NCBI GenBank assembly: GCA_032718475.1
Contig: JAUCBJ010002949.1
Span: 105,102-169,101 of the forward strand
Source: Nemertoderma westbladi
Taxonomy: Eukaryota > Animalia > Xenacoelomorpha
Direction: 5' to 3'
DNA length: 64,000 bases
Shown: positions 1 through 12,350 of the stretch, piece after piece
How positions within the stretch are numbered: the stretch's first letter is position 1
Layout of the letters: each line of letters starts with the position of its first letter
Translations under genes and position numbers: made by a program
The notes under the pieces: generated by a model
Database searches by the model: none
What the model saw: the letters and a program-made list of their open reading frames with translations, nothing else
What the model was told of the DNA's origin: nothing

Positions 1-3000
1 TCGATTGTATTTTCCTCGTCAAATAATTGGGTAATATCGTCGTTATCTGAGGAGTATGGTGTTCCCTCAGGTGTGATCTCTCCCTCACTGATTTCTTCTT
101 CCCATTCACTCACCTGATGTATTTGTTCGGTAGGTAATCTTTCCATGAGTGTTCTACGGGAAGGTCCAGTGAAGTACCAACCTACTCTAGTTCTTCCCGC
201 ATAGGTTTGCAATGGTTGCAGTCGAGCAGGCCGTTTCTCTAATGTCTCAAGCGCCTCATGCGCATTTTGGCCGATCAATATTTGCACCCCTGGGTAGTCG
301 GTGTTGAATCTAGGGATATTATGTTGCTGGGTAAAATCGTCTTCATCCCAGTTGTAAGGTTCTACTTGGCTGGTAGCAAAGTTCTTTATCGCCACCATTT
401 TTACTGACCTTATGCTATGTTCTCCTAGTTCGTCCTGGGGAGTGGACAACGCGCCTACATAGTAGTCTGTAGCTACTGTAGATTTCCAAACCTGCATAAT
501 TCCTGAAAGGTTCAACTTAGTTCGGAACTTGGGTTGTCCAGCAAAGATGTCTTCGGCTAGTTCTTTGTCGATGAATGTTCCTGTGCTGCCGGAGTCCAGG
601 AGGGCGTTGACTATAAAACTCTTACCTGATCCATGGACTCTCAGCTGAACTACGGGGAATTCCCGGATTCCGACGTTGGAAGTTGGCGCTTTCCAAGATG
701 GTTGTCGGTCAGGAATAGTCGGGTGCGCTTCGTTATCGGTTTCAGTCTCATACGTAAGCGCTCGATACACCGCGGTGTTTATCATATAACAGGATTCGTT
801 TTCGTCGGAGAATTCGTCCGTGTAAAATCCTTCCATCTCAGAACTGTGGTCAGTGTCGTTCACATCACTGAATTGGACATGTAGTTCGGACTCACTTACC
901 TGACTCGGGCTGGTTCTTTCAAATTCGGTGTGCAGCAAGATATGATGTTTCGCGCCGCACTTAGCACACCTCGCGTTGGAGTAACAGGTTCGCCGTTGGT
1001 GTCCTTGTCTGAGACAATTATAACACAACTGCTTATCCCACATGACATCGCGTCTATCCTTAAAGGATTTCTTTAAGAATTCATCACACACACTTAAACG
1101 ATGGGGCCTGTCGCACAATGCACATTTTGGTTTGATGTTACTTACTTTACCTTGGGTAGTGTTGTGCACACTCGTTCTTTCCTCGGGCTTTCTTCCATGA
1201 ATTATCTTAGGAGCTTTGGAGGAGTTTTTGTTACCTGTTCTCTCCTGTCACTGGTTCGAGACTTAAATTTACTTATGTCTTTAGGTGCTTTGTTGACATA
1301 GTAAGATCTTTCGGTGTCTTTCCCGCTGTTCTCCTCTTGAGAGGTTTGGCTTTCGCCGTCATCTGTATAACACACTGGGGTGACCTTTCTCCTAGAAACG
1401 GGTTTTTCAATTACCTTATTTTCCGGTGTCTTCTCTCGGGACTGCTTTAGGAGCTGTAATCTTACCTCTCCATTTAAGAATGACATGAGATCAGCCATGG
1501 TAGGGTCTCTTTGTTGCTGGTCCATCATATAGAGCACTCTCTTGTCCCAACGCGTACCTACTCCACCCTTCGGCAAAGTAGATGCTACGGCTCCAACAAC
1601 CATGGAACTCTGATATTCATGAGACTTACCTAGCCAATCTAGCTGTCTACAGATCTCCTGGATCTCATCAGAAAACTCTATAATCCCGCTGCTAAGGAAC
1701 TTTCGGGGCGCTACTAATTTCGCATACAAATACCTAGCTATGTTAGTCCTATTACCATACCTGATGTTTAGTGTATCCCAAACTTGTCTTAATCCATCTG
1801 GATGTCCAATAAACATTTTATCGCCATTAACTTGGGAGGTCCTTCCAAGCACTCGATGAGGAATCTAAGTTTCTCTCCGTTAGATAGTACAGAGCTCTGT
1901 ATGTTATCTTTATAATATTCATTAAAAGGTAACCATTTCATCTCATCTCCATTGAATTTGACGATCTCTCCCACCTTTACCACTTGACGGGCTTCGGTTC
2001 TAGCCATTTGACGCGTAAAACTTTCTTGGGCCATCGTATTATTTAATATCGAGTTATCGGTATATAAATTTCTCGGATTATGATCAGGTCTATATGGAAT
2101 ATCATTATCAACAGGTTTATAATTATCCTTGATAGGGTTTACTATAGGAGTTTCTACTTCACTAGCAGTATAGATGCGTGTAGGCTCCACACGTTGCGCA
2201 TGAAATACTTCAGACCTAACAGGTTGACACATTGTTACAGGGGGTGGTGGTATACCCCTTTGTATATTTACTAATTTATCGCGTTCTAACGCGATACTCT
2301 GCTGCACTTCTTGCAGTTCTAACCTCCCTCTCTTACTGTTCCCTTTAACTGCTGAACAATCCCTTCCAACTCCCGGACCTGTTGGGAGGAACGTGCCCGA
2401 TGTTCCTCCATTTGTCCGAGCAGGAGATCCATCCCCCGCCGTCGCTCATCCACCCACTCTACCGCCGAAGCGGGTGCCGCCAACATAGTAGGGAGTCTTT
2501 CTACTATAATAATTTGGTCTGTGTGTTCTGTACTACCTAAGTCTGCACTAGCTAGTTGCCTTCTCACAGCTGGGGGCAAATTAGGCAATTTCTGACGGTG
2601 GGGCGTTCTTCTACGTCTGCTGGAACGAGATCTATTTCCTCCGCCTTCAGGATCTGTTGTATCGCCTTCATCAGATGATATAAATCCCTGTCTCTTGGGA
2701 GTAGATCGACTTATCATCTGCATCTGACTAGCTGTTCTCTGTTTATCCATGTAGTCTTGCTTCTCTTGAAGATTTTCCAACTCTAGTTGGGTTGTCTCTT
2801 CAGACACCCTCCGTTCTGCTTCTGCCACTGCCTCTGCCGCTTTTCTTTCCGCTTCAGCCGCTGCTACTTTTCTTTCAGCTTCTGCCTCTGCCACTGCCGT
2901 TGCCGCTGCCGCTTTTCTTTCCGCTTCTGCCGCTGCCGCTGCCGTTGTCGCTTTTCTTTCAGCCTCTGCCGCTGCAGCTGCCGCTTTTCTTTCAGCCTCT

Positions 3001-4238
3001 GCCGCTGCTGCTGCCACTGCCGCTTTTCTTTCAACTTCTGCCGCTGCCGCTGCTGCTGCCAATCTGTCTTCTATCCGTTTTTTCTTTAATTGTTCCTCCT
3101 ATTCCCTAGCGATGAGGATGCTTTCATCAAATTTAGCCTGCACTGCGGCTAACATTTCCGCATCTAATGAGTCTAACACAAATTTGGCTCCCTCACTATT
3201 AGGGTGAAGTCCAGCTAGCCGTCTCCTTAGCTCTTTGTTACCTATAAATCGTTGATAGTCCGACAGATAGATGTCAATAGCATCCTTCTTCTGAGGTTTC
3301 TCCGATGTCGCTTCGCTTTCCACTTGAGAAAAGGTAGCGTCTGTTGATTCTCCGTGGGTTGAGCGCTCAGTTAGCTGAATTTTCCATTGGGTCGTTCCTT
3401 GGACTTTAAGACTCGCCCGTTGGAACCAAGTCTTTACGGCAACTTGCAACGACGTGTCTTGGCTTCTCTTCGAGGCTTCCTCAAAGGCCGAAAGGATTAG
3501 TCTGATTCTTAGGATTCGTTCTCGAACTTGATAAAGCAGCTCTCCCTGCTCTTGAGGTCCTTGGGGTTGTTGAAACAGTTGTTCCTCTAATCGCTCCAAA
3601 GAGCTGAAGAATCCCTGTACATATCCTGCTGCTGACCTCTTCCACACAGCTGGATCTCTAGTGTCCTTTACCACTCCCATCCTGTATAAGTCCTCCCAGG
3701 CAGCTTCCGATAAGTTAAACGGGAGTCCGGGTCCGGGGAAGTTCCATTGCGTCTCGACAATAGACTTCAGTTCCTCCTTCGTGTATCCCGCATAACTGTC
3801 CTTGGTCGATCGCTTACTTCTCGCCCAATCGATTTGATGTTCCTCCACCGCAATCAATACCCTAGTGAGTACGGCTTCAGGAAGAATGAGAAGTGGATCC
3901 GAATAAACTGCTTCTGCCATCTTTGCTCCGCGCTCGGGTGTCAACTCTACAGTATCTGAACTACTGGAGCTATCGGGCTGCTGAGAAATAAGTTCTCGGT
4001 TCGGGTGTTGCTGCTGTTTAACAGCTGCCTCTTGGTCCCGCTTGACTTGAGCCCGAGTGCCTATGATAGACCTACGGTGCTTTACTAGCCTAGGATCTGA
4101 TACTACTACTGGAGGGATGACCTTTCTTACAGTAGGAGGGGACTTGGACTTTGGTCTCAAATGTTCGGCACTCCTGTCGGAGTCGCAGACTGTTCTTTCT
4201 AGGAGACTATCTGACAGAGTTTGCTTTGTGTCAGCCAT
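1..4238 (-). pseudogene. Disrupted gag-protease(-pol) of copy A
   Basis: ORF pieces 3099-4238, 2319-3062, 1789-2307 and 1202-1852 match consecutive parts of the intact 46109-50275 protein, separated by frameshifts and stops. Positions 1-1200 encode the knuckles and aspartic protease. Confidence 0.92.
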
Positions 4239-6148
4239 GTTTGATTGTACAGTTGAATGCCTACTACTATAAACGACAGTTAAAGCAAGTCTAGTAATTC
4301 AGTATCAACTGTAAGCCTAGTAATTAATTACCGATACCGTTACTCAGTGTAACGCGATATATATATAATATATTAGAATACCGGTATACACTTATAGTAT
4401 ATATATAAGTATTATTACAGACTAGGATTTAGTCACAGAATACCGGTATATAATTTCAGCATAAATATATAGAAATATATATAATAAGCCTACCGTAAAT
4501 ACCGGTATACAGCATACACTTATAGTATATATAAGTATGATTATAGACTAGAGATTAATTACAGAATACCGGTATATAATTTCAGCTTAAATTTATAGAA
4601 ATAAATATAATAAGCCTATCGTAAATACCGGTAATGTCAATTATTTTACGATGCCTAAATTTCTGAATTTTAGGGTTACTTTCCTTTACTTTATTACTGT
4701 TATTAAGCAGTAGTCCAACTGATATTAAGACCTAATTGATGTATGACAGGCCTACTATTTTATAAATCGGTTTGAGTTGATTTATAATATATATATACCC
4801 GTATAATGGGTTTTTGACAATATTTGAAATAAATGTTATTATTTCCAAGTAAGGTGTCACTACACAGACGCTGAACGCTCTCAGTGGAGTGCTACCTGTT
4901 AGACACTAAAACAAATAATTCTACTTTACTAAGTTACTTATTACTACAAATTACGTACAATTACTGTGTAGGATTACAATTTCTAAATAAACACCAAAAG
5001 TTACACGTACAAATTTTAGGGTAATTTTACAGGAAATCTACAAACCAGCCTAACAAGGAGTTAGAATTTCTGGTTATTACAAACGGACAGGATACTACGG
5101 TATTTGAAAATAATTAAGCAGTAGTAAATAAATTGCGTTGTCCAGATAAGAAAATACCACCGTCTGACGACTTATAGTCTTTAGCTCTACAGCTCTATAA
5201 GTACTACGTTATGTACCCGGAGTGTCCTTACCTAGAAGTTAATTACCGCAGCCAACCAGAGCTAACGTGCCTATTAACCACTTTACAACACAAATATACT
5301 GCCTACACACCAATTACCTTCGGAAAGTACTGTACACTAAACCCTAAATTAGGTACAAGTACTTATACAACAAATAACCAGCAGTTAAATATACTTGTAC
5401 AGCTAAAAGAACCACGGTATCTGCTGGAGTGACTAGAGCATAAAATCACCAGTCTTTACCTACGCCAAGCAGCCCTGATGTAGTACCGGGGTTAATTTAA
5501 CTATAACGGTATGTATAACAAGCACAATTACTGTAGGAATAAACTTAGGGGTATGTAAGTTGCGAATACTCGCATAGACTCTGAATAATAAATAAATACG
5601 CTACCCGTGCAGACTACACAAACAAAATACAGACCAAACGCTGGCAGACTACTATCAAGCCTAAATAAACTACAGTATATGCAGACTCCGAAATGGTTAG
5701 TTAGTATGCGTTCTAACCGAGTAGTACGACTTATTCTTTCGGGGGGGATTTACCTTACAGCACTGGATGCCCCCACCTTCCTAACTAGTACTTTATCGGA
5801 CATACACTCTACACACACTGCAATCTCTTCAGACTTAACAACAGTCAGACAACAATCCAGCCTACAAATTATTTGTACAATTTGAGCGGGCTTACACGCC
5901 TTCTGCTCAATATTACACTTACAGATAAATAAAACTGACAGAAATAAATAAGCTCTAAAAGAAACAAGGGGTGTACAGTCCCTAATCTCTTAAACAGCCT
6001 ACCAATATACAATATCACAATCGAAATAATACTGGTACCGGTAAGTACCGGTTCGGGTGGTTAGGTAGTTAGGCCTACAGGTTACCGTCCGACCGGTACA
6101 TTCGACTTTATTGCCTACGGTGCAATAAAGAAACTAAAAATCTATTAT

Positions 6149-7321
6149 TGTTCGCGCTTTCAGACCTTTAGCAGTTTAACCTGCCAATTTTAGGTGTCCT
6201 CTTGTTTATAAATCGACTTTAGCCTATAACAAGTATTTAGTGCACATGAAGTAACATTAGCCGAAGCCAGTCTATGCGCGATCATTCACCCACAGTTAAG
6301 GGAGACTGGATTCGGGTGCTTTGAAGTTATTGCGTTGCAGACCTACTGTATTATTCGATTGATCGTTACTATATAATCTCTGACAATATTATTCACTTTC
6401 GGGGAAATATTAACAGTTCCTTTAGGACGTGGCGCTTTAAGTATAAAACAGAGTTATGACTTATACTAAACACAACGAGATGGCTACTGATTTTCGTAAA
6501 TAGCGCATTCTTTAGGAGATGCTTTATTATCTGTCACACTACTGCATACGACTTCACACTGCTGCACACTGATCTGCCGACCGTCACTGAATTTGATCAT
6601 ATATAAGGAGGATAGCAACTGACACATGTAGGGATTATGAAATAGCATTTAATTCACACTAAAACCACTATAATGTAAGTCGCAATTGCTACAGGTAACC
6701 GGTCCCTCTTACCTTCAGTAATCAAGAAGATTGGGGGTTTTATGATTATTTATCGGTATTCTCCAAATATAACAACATATCCATCAACATATAACAATTA
6801 ATAACAGACAGTAAACAGAAGTAAAATAATGCGGTGTATGGTATGCGTATGCAGTACCAGTGTATGGTTGCAGTGACAGTGTGCTCAGTGCAGATAATAG
6901 ATTTACGTTCTTATAATCAAAGCCGTCTAATGTTGGCCAAAGTCTGAAACTTCTACAGAAGCACAGAAATAATTTCCAAGCCGATGTTCTGAGGCTCAGA
7001 AAGGTAAACAAAAACCGTAATGCATTGCGCGGTTTTCCGTAGGCCTCTGTACAAGATAAAATGAAAATCGCTCTGATTGGCTGAGCTGAGCGAGCTGAAC
7101 AAAGAGATGTTCCACGTTTACAGTAAATCAGCTGACAGATTTCGTCATCTGAGTTCCAGTCTTTTAGAGTATTAGGCGCATTGCGGCAGAAAATGGCTTG
7201 TTATGTCCGCTAAAACACCCACACGGTACATTGCGGAGAAAATGGCTTGTTATGTCCGCTAAAACACCTACACGGTATATTGCGGAGAAAATGACTGGTT
7301 ATATCCGCAAAAGCTTTTACA
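6149..7321 (-). repeat. 5' LTR of copy A
   Basis: On the minus strand it starts TGTAAAAGC and ends GCGCGAACA, like the other LTRs; contains CCAATCAGAGCG. Confidence 0.93.
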
Positions 7322-7329
7322 GGGTTCAT

Positions 7330-9433
7330 TGACTTTCCTTGAGTTTGATATATCATTGGGGCAATGGTCCCCTCCATATCTCAGTGTCGCATGATTTCTT
7401 TGGATCTGAGGGGGTTGCAATTTGTAAAACTGGTATTATATTCTGTACTGGGGTAGATGTCATTATATTGGGACCCATACACTTATCTGCAATACCCCCA
7501 CCCCCCTCCCCTGGGTATATATTATATCTTTCCATATTATAGTCATACTGGCGTGCAGGTACCAGTATAGGCCTAACGGGTTGTTCCCTACTCACCAGTA
7601 TGTAAGCCGCGACTTCCGGATCTAATCCCGGCATTCGCATTACCCTATAACCAACACTATCTCTCCCAGCATGGCCTATAGTATGTGCAGTAAGACCTAC
7701 AGTATGTCCTGCAGTCTGAAAGTGGTCCTCCAGATTTAATCTTCTTGAATATTCCGAGAAGTCCTCCCCGCAACTACCATATCGTTGATCGGCAGTTACG
7801 TTACAGTGGGAAGTTTCCCTTTGACCCCTTCTTCTCCCATCATCTTCATCCCAGTATACTCTATGCCCTTCTCCTGGTGTGCAGTAAATGTTGCCAGGTT
7901 GCATTCCTTCAGGGTGATGGCAATATCCCAATTTACAACCCCACGATTCTCTCCCTCCACTACAACTATCGACAGTTAGCTGTCCGTCCTATCTCGGCAC
8001 CTCTGGTTGCCTGTAGCAACATTTCCTCGTGTATCCCTATCGTCCTCCTCACGACCTTTACTCCCCGGCATCATATCTACGTTCATGAGATCTCGTATCG
8101 ACCTCATGGATGAACCCTACTGCTCTCCTTCCATCTTCCGAATGGGTTCGACGTTCCCTCATTTGGCCGTTTGAGGTGCGAATGCTTCTTCCCCTTTCCG
8201 GTTGTATGGCCCCATAGATACTCGCTGACCCTCTATTATCCTCTTTTGTTGGGAGCCTTGGTTCACTTGACTCACCGCATGCATTCCCCACCAACATCTG
8301 TGGGGCATTCATTGCCCCCCCCCCCCCCCTCTCATCACTAGCTGGTTGTGGTGGGGTACCCATAGCCCCCCCCCCCCCCACCGATCACTTCTGGTTGCAC
8401 CCCCTTCATCTCTCTCCCTACGCTCTCTTCCAGTTGACACATCGCTTCTGTTTTCCCTGGGTTCATTCGCCTGCGTCTCCTTCTGCATTTCTACGCGGCT
8501 TTGTAGGCCTCTGTCAGGCAAATTATTTACTTCATTGTTGTTTATATTAATTATACCATTATTACTTTCACTATCATTATTTATTATATTATTATTATTA
8601 TTTAAATTATTTAAATTATTTACTGTACCGCATTAACATTATTATTATTCACCAAAACATTATTACATGTAAGAAGAGTGCCCTCGTTATTATTAGGATT
8701 ATCAACTATGGTATTATTAGTATTAACGTTCTCATTAAATGTTATTAGACCCCCCCCCCCCCCCCCATCTGTCCGGTCGCACCAGTTTTGTGTTTGCTGT
8801 CCGGTCCCAGTAAGTGGAGTATTAACAAAAGTTTCCATTACTCCTGGTTCCTCATAAATACTTCCCAAACCAGCCTCACTTTCTGATAAATACAGTTTTG
8901 GCATTTCTAACCAGCGTTTCAGTCTTACCTGATACTGCATTAACCCCCTCAACCAGGTATGCATATCATCCCGCATTCTCTTACCAGCCTCCTTCTTTCT
9001 CTATCCTATCTAATACTCTGGTTGGATAGCATGTTTTCCCTCTCAATCCTCTCAGCTTTCCTCGCATCTCTCTCTTTGCGCTGGTTCACCTCTCTCGCCT
9101 CCCTTTTTTTTACACTCACTCAGTTCCTTCTCCTCCTGTTCTTTACACTCACTCACTTCATTCTCCTCCTGTTCTCTACGCTCACTCGCTTCCTTCTCCT
9201 CCTGTTCTCTATAGTCTCTCGCCATCTTTTCGGCCCACTCTTTACATTCTCTCGCTAACTCCCTTTCCCTTTCTAACAGAGCAGTCCCCTCATCCAACTG
9301 TCTCTCTAACTCCCTTTGGTCCAGTGTGACCATGTCTAGCTGACACGCAGATCTATCTCTAACACTCTTCTTGCTTTCACGGAGGGTGTAGTGGACTTTT
9401 CAGTTGTGACGGACTCCCGTCGCCTGGCGGTTT
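7330..9433 (-). pseudogene. Decayed low-complexity ORF (coiled coil, N-rich, G/R-rich) of an older repeat, copy E1
   Basis: Fragments 9052-9333, 8620-8976 and 7353-7931 are homologous to 36374-36685 and 33920-34627 (shared LDQ.ELERQL.EGTALLERERELARE and QTAGHTVGLTAHTIGHAGRD). Confidence 0.7.
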
Positions 9434-9453
9434 TACTACTTTTATTATGCCTG

Positions 9454-10305
9454 CTAGTGAGTGGTCTTACTAACGGACGACACCAAATCCTCTGGGTTTA
9501 CCTCGGCTTTGGTGTCGTTCAAACCCGCCCATCCCACTAACTTAATCCCCTGTGCATCTACCAGATAAGGCCCTATGTATACATACAGCATTATCCCCAA
9601 TCGCCACAATTCAAACAGTTCTGTGGCAACCTCCCTTGCCCTGTCATTCGACAATTCGCCCTGCCCAAATCGGAATAAGTAGTGGAAATGTTTATTGCAC
9701 TCACCGAGTTTGCGGCTTAACTTGAGCTCATCTACCTTTCCTCCTTTCTTGGCGTCGTTGAGGATCTTTCTCGTGGCAATGTATCCACATTGTTGCGTGA
9801 TCGCTCATCCCAACGTCCTCCTCCTGAACTTCCTGACCTCCCCTCCTCATTCGACGTGGCACTGTCGGCCCTACCATTGTCGTTCTAGTGGGCCGTCGCC
9901 ACCTGTAGCCACTGGTTGGCTGGTGACCCCAGTGCTCTTCTCGCAACTCTCATCCCGTGTCGACTCGCATTCCTCGTCACCAAGTACCCGTCCATCTTCC
10001 TTCTCTCCAACCGAACCGTCGTTCTTTGGCGAATCTGGTGTGGTGGGTGGGTACCACCTCGTTGCCGCCTCCCGAATCGTTGCTTCCCTGTCGCTGGGAG
10101 TGTGCGGCAGACTTCCGCCCTTCTCCAAACATTGGGGAGTTCTTGGTTCGCTCATGTTGGCATCTTTCCTTTTCTAATACTCTCGTCTTTAACTGTGGAT
10201 GTTCATTACAACGAAGTCGGTTTAAACTGTGATGGGATCCGAGTTGGCGAGGGATTCCAACCGGTATTTGTGTCGTGGTTAATATGCATCACCGCGTCCG
10301 CTAAT
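9454..10305 (-). pseudogene. Decayed unidentified ORF interrupted by copy B
   Basis: ORF pieces 9871-10155 and 9454-9654 lie in one frame and are linked through a few stops; coding-like composition, no recognised domain. Confidence 0.4.
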
Positions 10306-10310
10306 GTGAC

Positions 10311-11497
10311 TGTAAAGGCTTTTGCGTAATTAGCCGGTTATTTTCCCCGTAAAGTACTCTGTAGTTGGTTTAACCGGCATAAAAGGCCGTGTCCTTACTG
10401 TACTGTTGTTTTAGAGGACATAAAAGCCATTTCTTCTGTATGTGTACTTTAGCGGACATAATTCGCAATTCTATGACGCAATACGCCAAATCCTCTGTAA
10501 ACAGTGTAGCTACCATGACGACGGCTAACAGCTGATGCTGTACACGTGGAGCTTGTTCTTTGTTCTCTGTTCCTTCTTTGTTCGGTCGACCAATCAGAGC
10601 GTTTTTTGCCTCTGTGTTGGAGATTGTATATAGAAACTCTTGGAGTTGAGTCAGTATGTGATTTTGTCCACAGCCTACAACACCGGCTTTGGAACCTCCG
10701 TGTTTCAGTCTTTAGCCCAACATTAGTAGGCTTAATTATAGAACGTATATCCGTTATCATATCAATCCATACATAACATATCATATCTCATTGATCACAT
10801 ATCTGCATTCATAACCATTCATACCTTAAACTTTGTACTGCTATTTACTGTCGGTTATTCATTATATTTGTTAATGGAATATTATATTTGGAATACTGAT
10901 AAATAATCAGACACCCCAATCTTCTTGATATACTAAAGGTTAGAGAGACCGGTTACATATAACGATTGCGACTTACATTAAATGGTTTGAAGTGAATCTA
11001 ATGCTATTTTATAGGCCCTACATGTATTGTCTGTTGTTCTCTTTATATGTGACTAAAATTAGTGAAGGTCGGCAGATCAGTGTGCAGCATTGTGCAGTAT
11101 TGTGTATGATTGTGACTGATAACAAAGCATCTCCTAAAGAATGCGCCATATACGTGAATCTATAGCCATCCCGTTGTGTCTAGTTTAAGTCATAACTCTG
11201 TTTACATATTTAGAGCGCCACATCCTAAAGGAACTGTTAATATTTCCCGAAAGTGAATAATATTTGTCAGAGATTATATATTACGATCAGTCGAATAATA
11301 CAGTAGGCCTACCCCGCAATACGGTGAGGCTTCCGAATCCAGTCTCCCGGGTATATCCAGCGGGTGAATGATCGCGCATAGACTGGCTTCGGCTAATGTA
11401 GTGTATCAAATACTTGTCATAGGCTAAAGACGATCTATCATCTAAAAGACATCCCAATTTGGCAGGTTAAACTGCTAAAGGTCTGAAAGCGCGAACA
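10311..11497 (+). repeat. 5' LTR of copy B
   Basis: TGTAAAGGC...GCGCGAACA; about 7 differences from 24345-25530 seen by eye. Confidence 0.97.
10590..10634 (+). promoter_or_regulatory. Probable LTR promoter: CCAAT box and TATA-like element
   Basis: CCAATCAGAGCG is kept in every LTR variant although the surrounding U3 diverges; TATATAGA follows ~35 bp downstream in B. Confidence 0.5.
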
Positions 11498-11536
11498 ATA
11501 ACGGATATTGCTTCTGTATTGCAGTAGGCAATAAAG
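11333..11536 (+). ncRNA. Conserved cis RNA structure at the U5/leader boundary, in place of a PBS
   Basis: Stems CCGAA/TTCGG and CCAGTCT/AGACTGG, and a loop TCGCGC complementary to terminal GCGCGA. All three change compensatorily in copy D. Confidence 0.7.
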
Positions 11537-11777
11537 CTGAAGTACCGGCAACCGGTACCCAGTAGGCCTGACTACCTAACCACCCGGACCGGTACCTACA
11601 GCAGTACAGGTACAGCAGTATTATTCGATTTTGATTATTATATACCAGTAGGTCTTAATAATTAATCGGGGACGCCTGGTTTTTATTGGGATTTTACTTA
11701 GGCCTATTTCTGTCAGTTTTATTTATTTGTAGGCTAATATTGAGCAGAAGGCATGTAAGCCTGCTCAGATTGTACAG

Positions 11778-12350
11778 ACAATTTGTAGGCTGGACTGTTG
11801 TCTGACTGTTGTTAAGTCTGAAGAGACTGTAGTGTGTGTAGAGCATATGTCCGAAAAAGTACTAGTTAGGAAAGTAGGGGCTGCCAGTGCTGTGAGGTGA
11901 ACCCCCTCGAAAGAATAAGTCGTACTACTCGGTTAGAACGCATACTAACTAACCATTTCGGAGTCTGCATATACTGTAGTGTATTTAGGCTTGATAGTAG
12001 TCTGTCAGCGTTTGGTCTGTACTTTGTTTGTGTAGTTTGTACGGGTAGCGTAATATTTCTTATTTAGATAATTTGTAGGCTGGATTTTGTCTGGCTGTTG
12101 TTAGGTCTTGAGAGATTTCGGTGTGTGTAGAGTGTATGTCCGATAAGGTGCCGGTTAGGAAAGTAGGGGCAGCCAGAGCTGTAAGGTAAATCCCCATCGA
12201 AAGAATAAGTCGTACTACTCGGTTAGAACGCATACTAACTAACCATTTCGGAGTCTGCATATACCATAGTTTGTTTGGGCTTGATAGTAGTCTGTCAGTA
12301 TTTGGTCTGCATTTTGTTTGAGTAGTCTGTACGCGTAGCGTAATATTTAT
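11778..12350 (+). repeat. ~290-bp tandem duplication in the leader
   Basis: Units start near 11778 and 12068 and share an identical ~60-bp core. Also duplicated in D (~51570-52140); single in A (~5600-5880). Confidence 0.85.

Larger units (their letters stand above)
1..7321 (-). mobile_element. BEL/Pao LTR retrotransposon copy A (5' LTR, leader, gag-pol; continues off the left edge)
   Basis: Colinear with copies B and D: LTR 6149-7321, ~1.9 kb leader, gag with CCHC knuckles, protease ALLDSGS near 585-610. Confidence 0.93.

Noticed and set aside
2787-3109. Cys/Arg-rich and Leu/Pro-rich ORFs (also 14715-15107 and 49355-49657)
   Set aside because: Antisense shadows of the Ala-rich Gag repeat.
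10449-10784. Identical small ORFs repeated at 24404-24817, and at 42605-42849 / 53341-53585
   Set aside because: They repeat only because they lie in LTR pairs, and are not conserved between LTR types.
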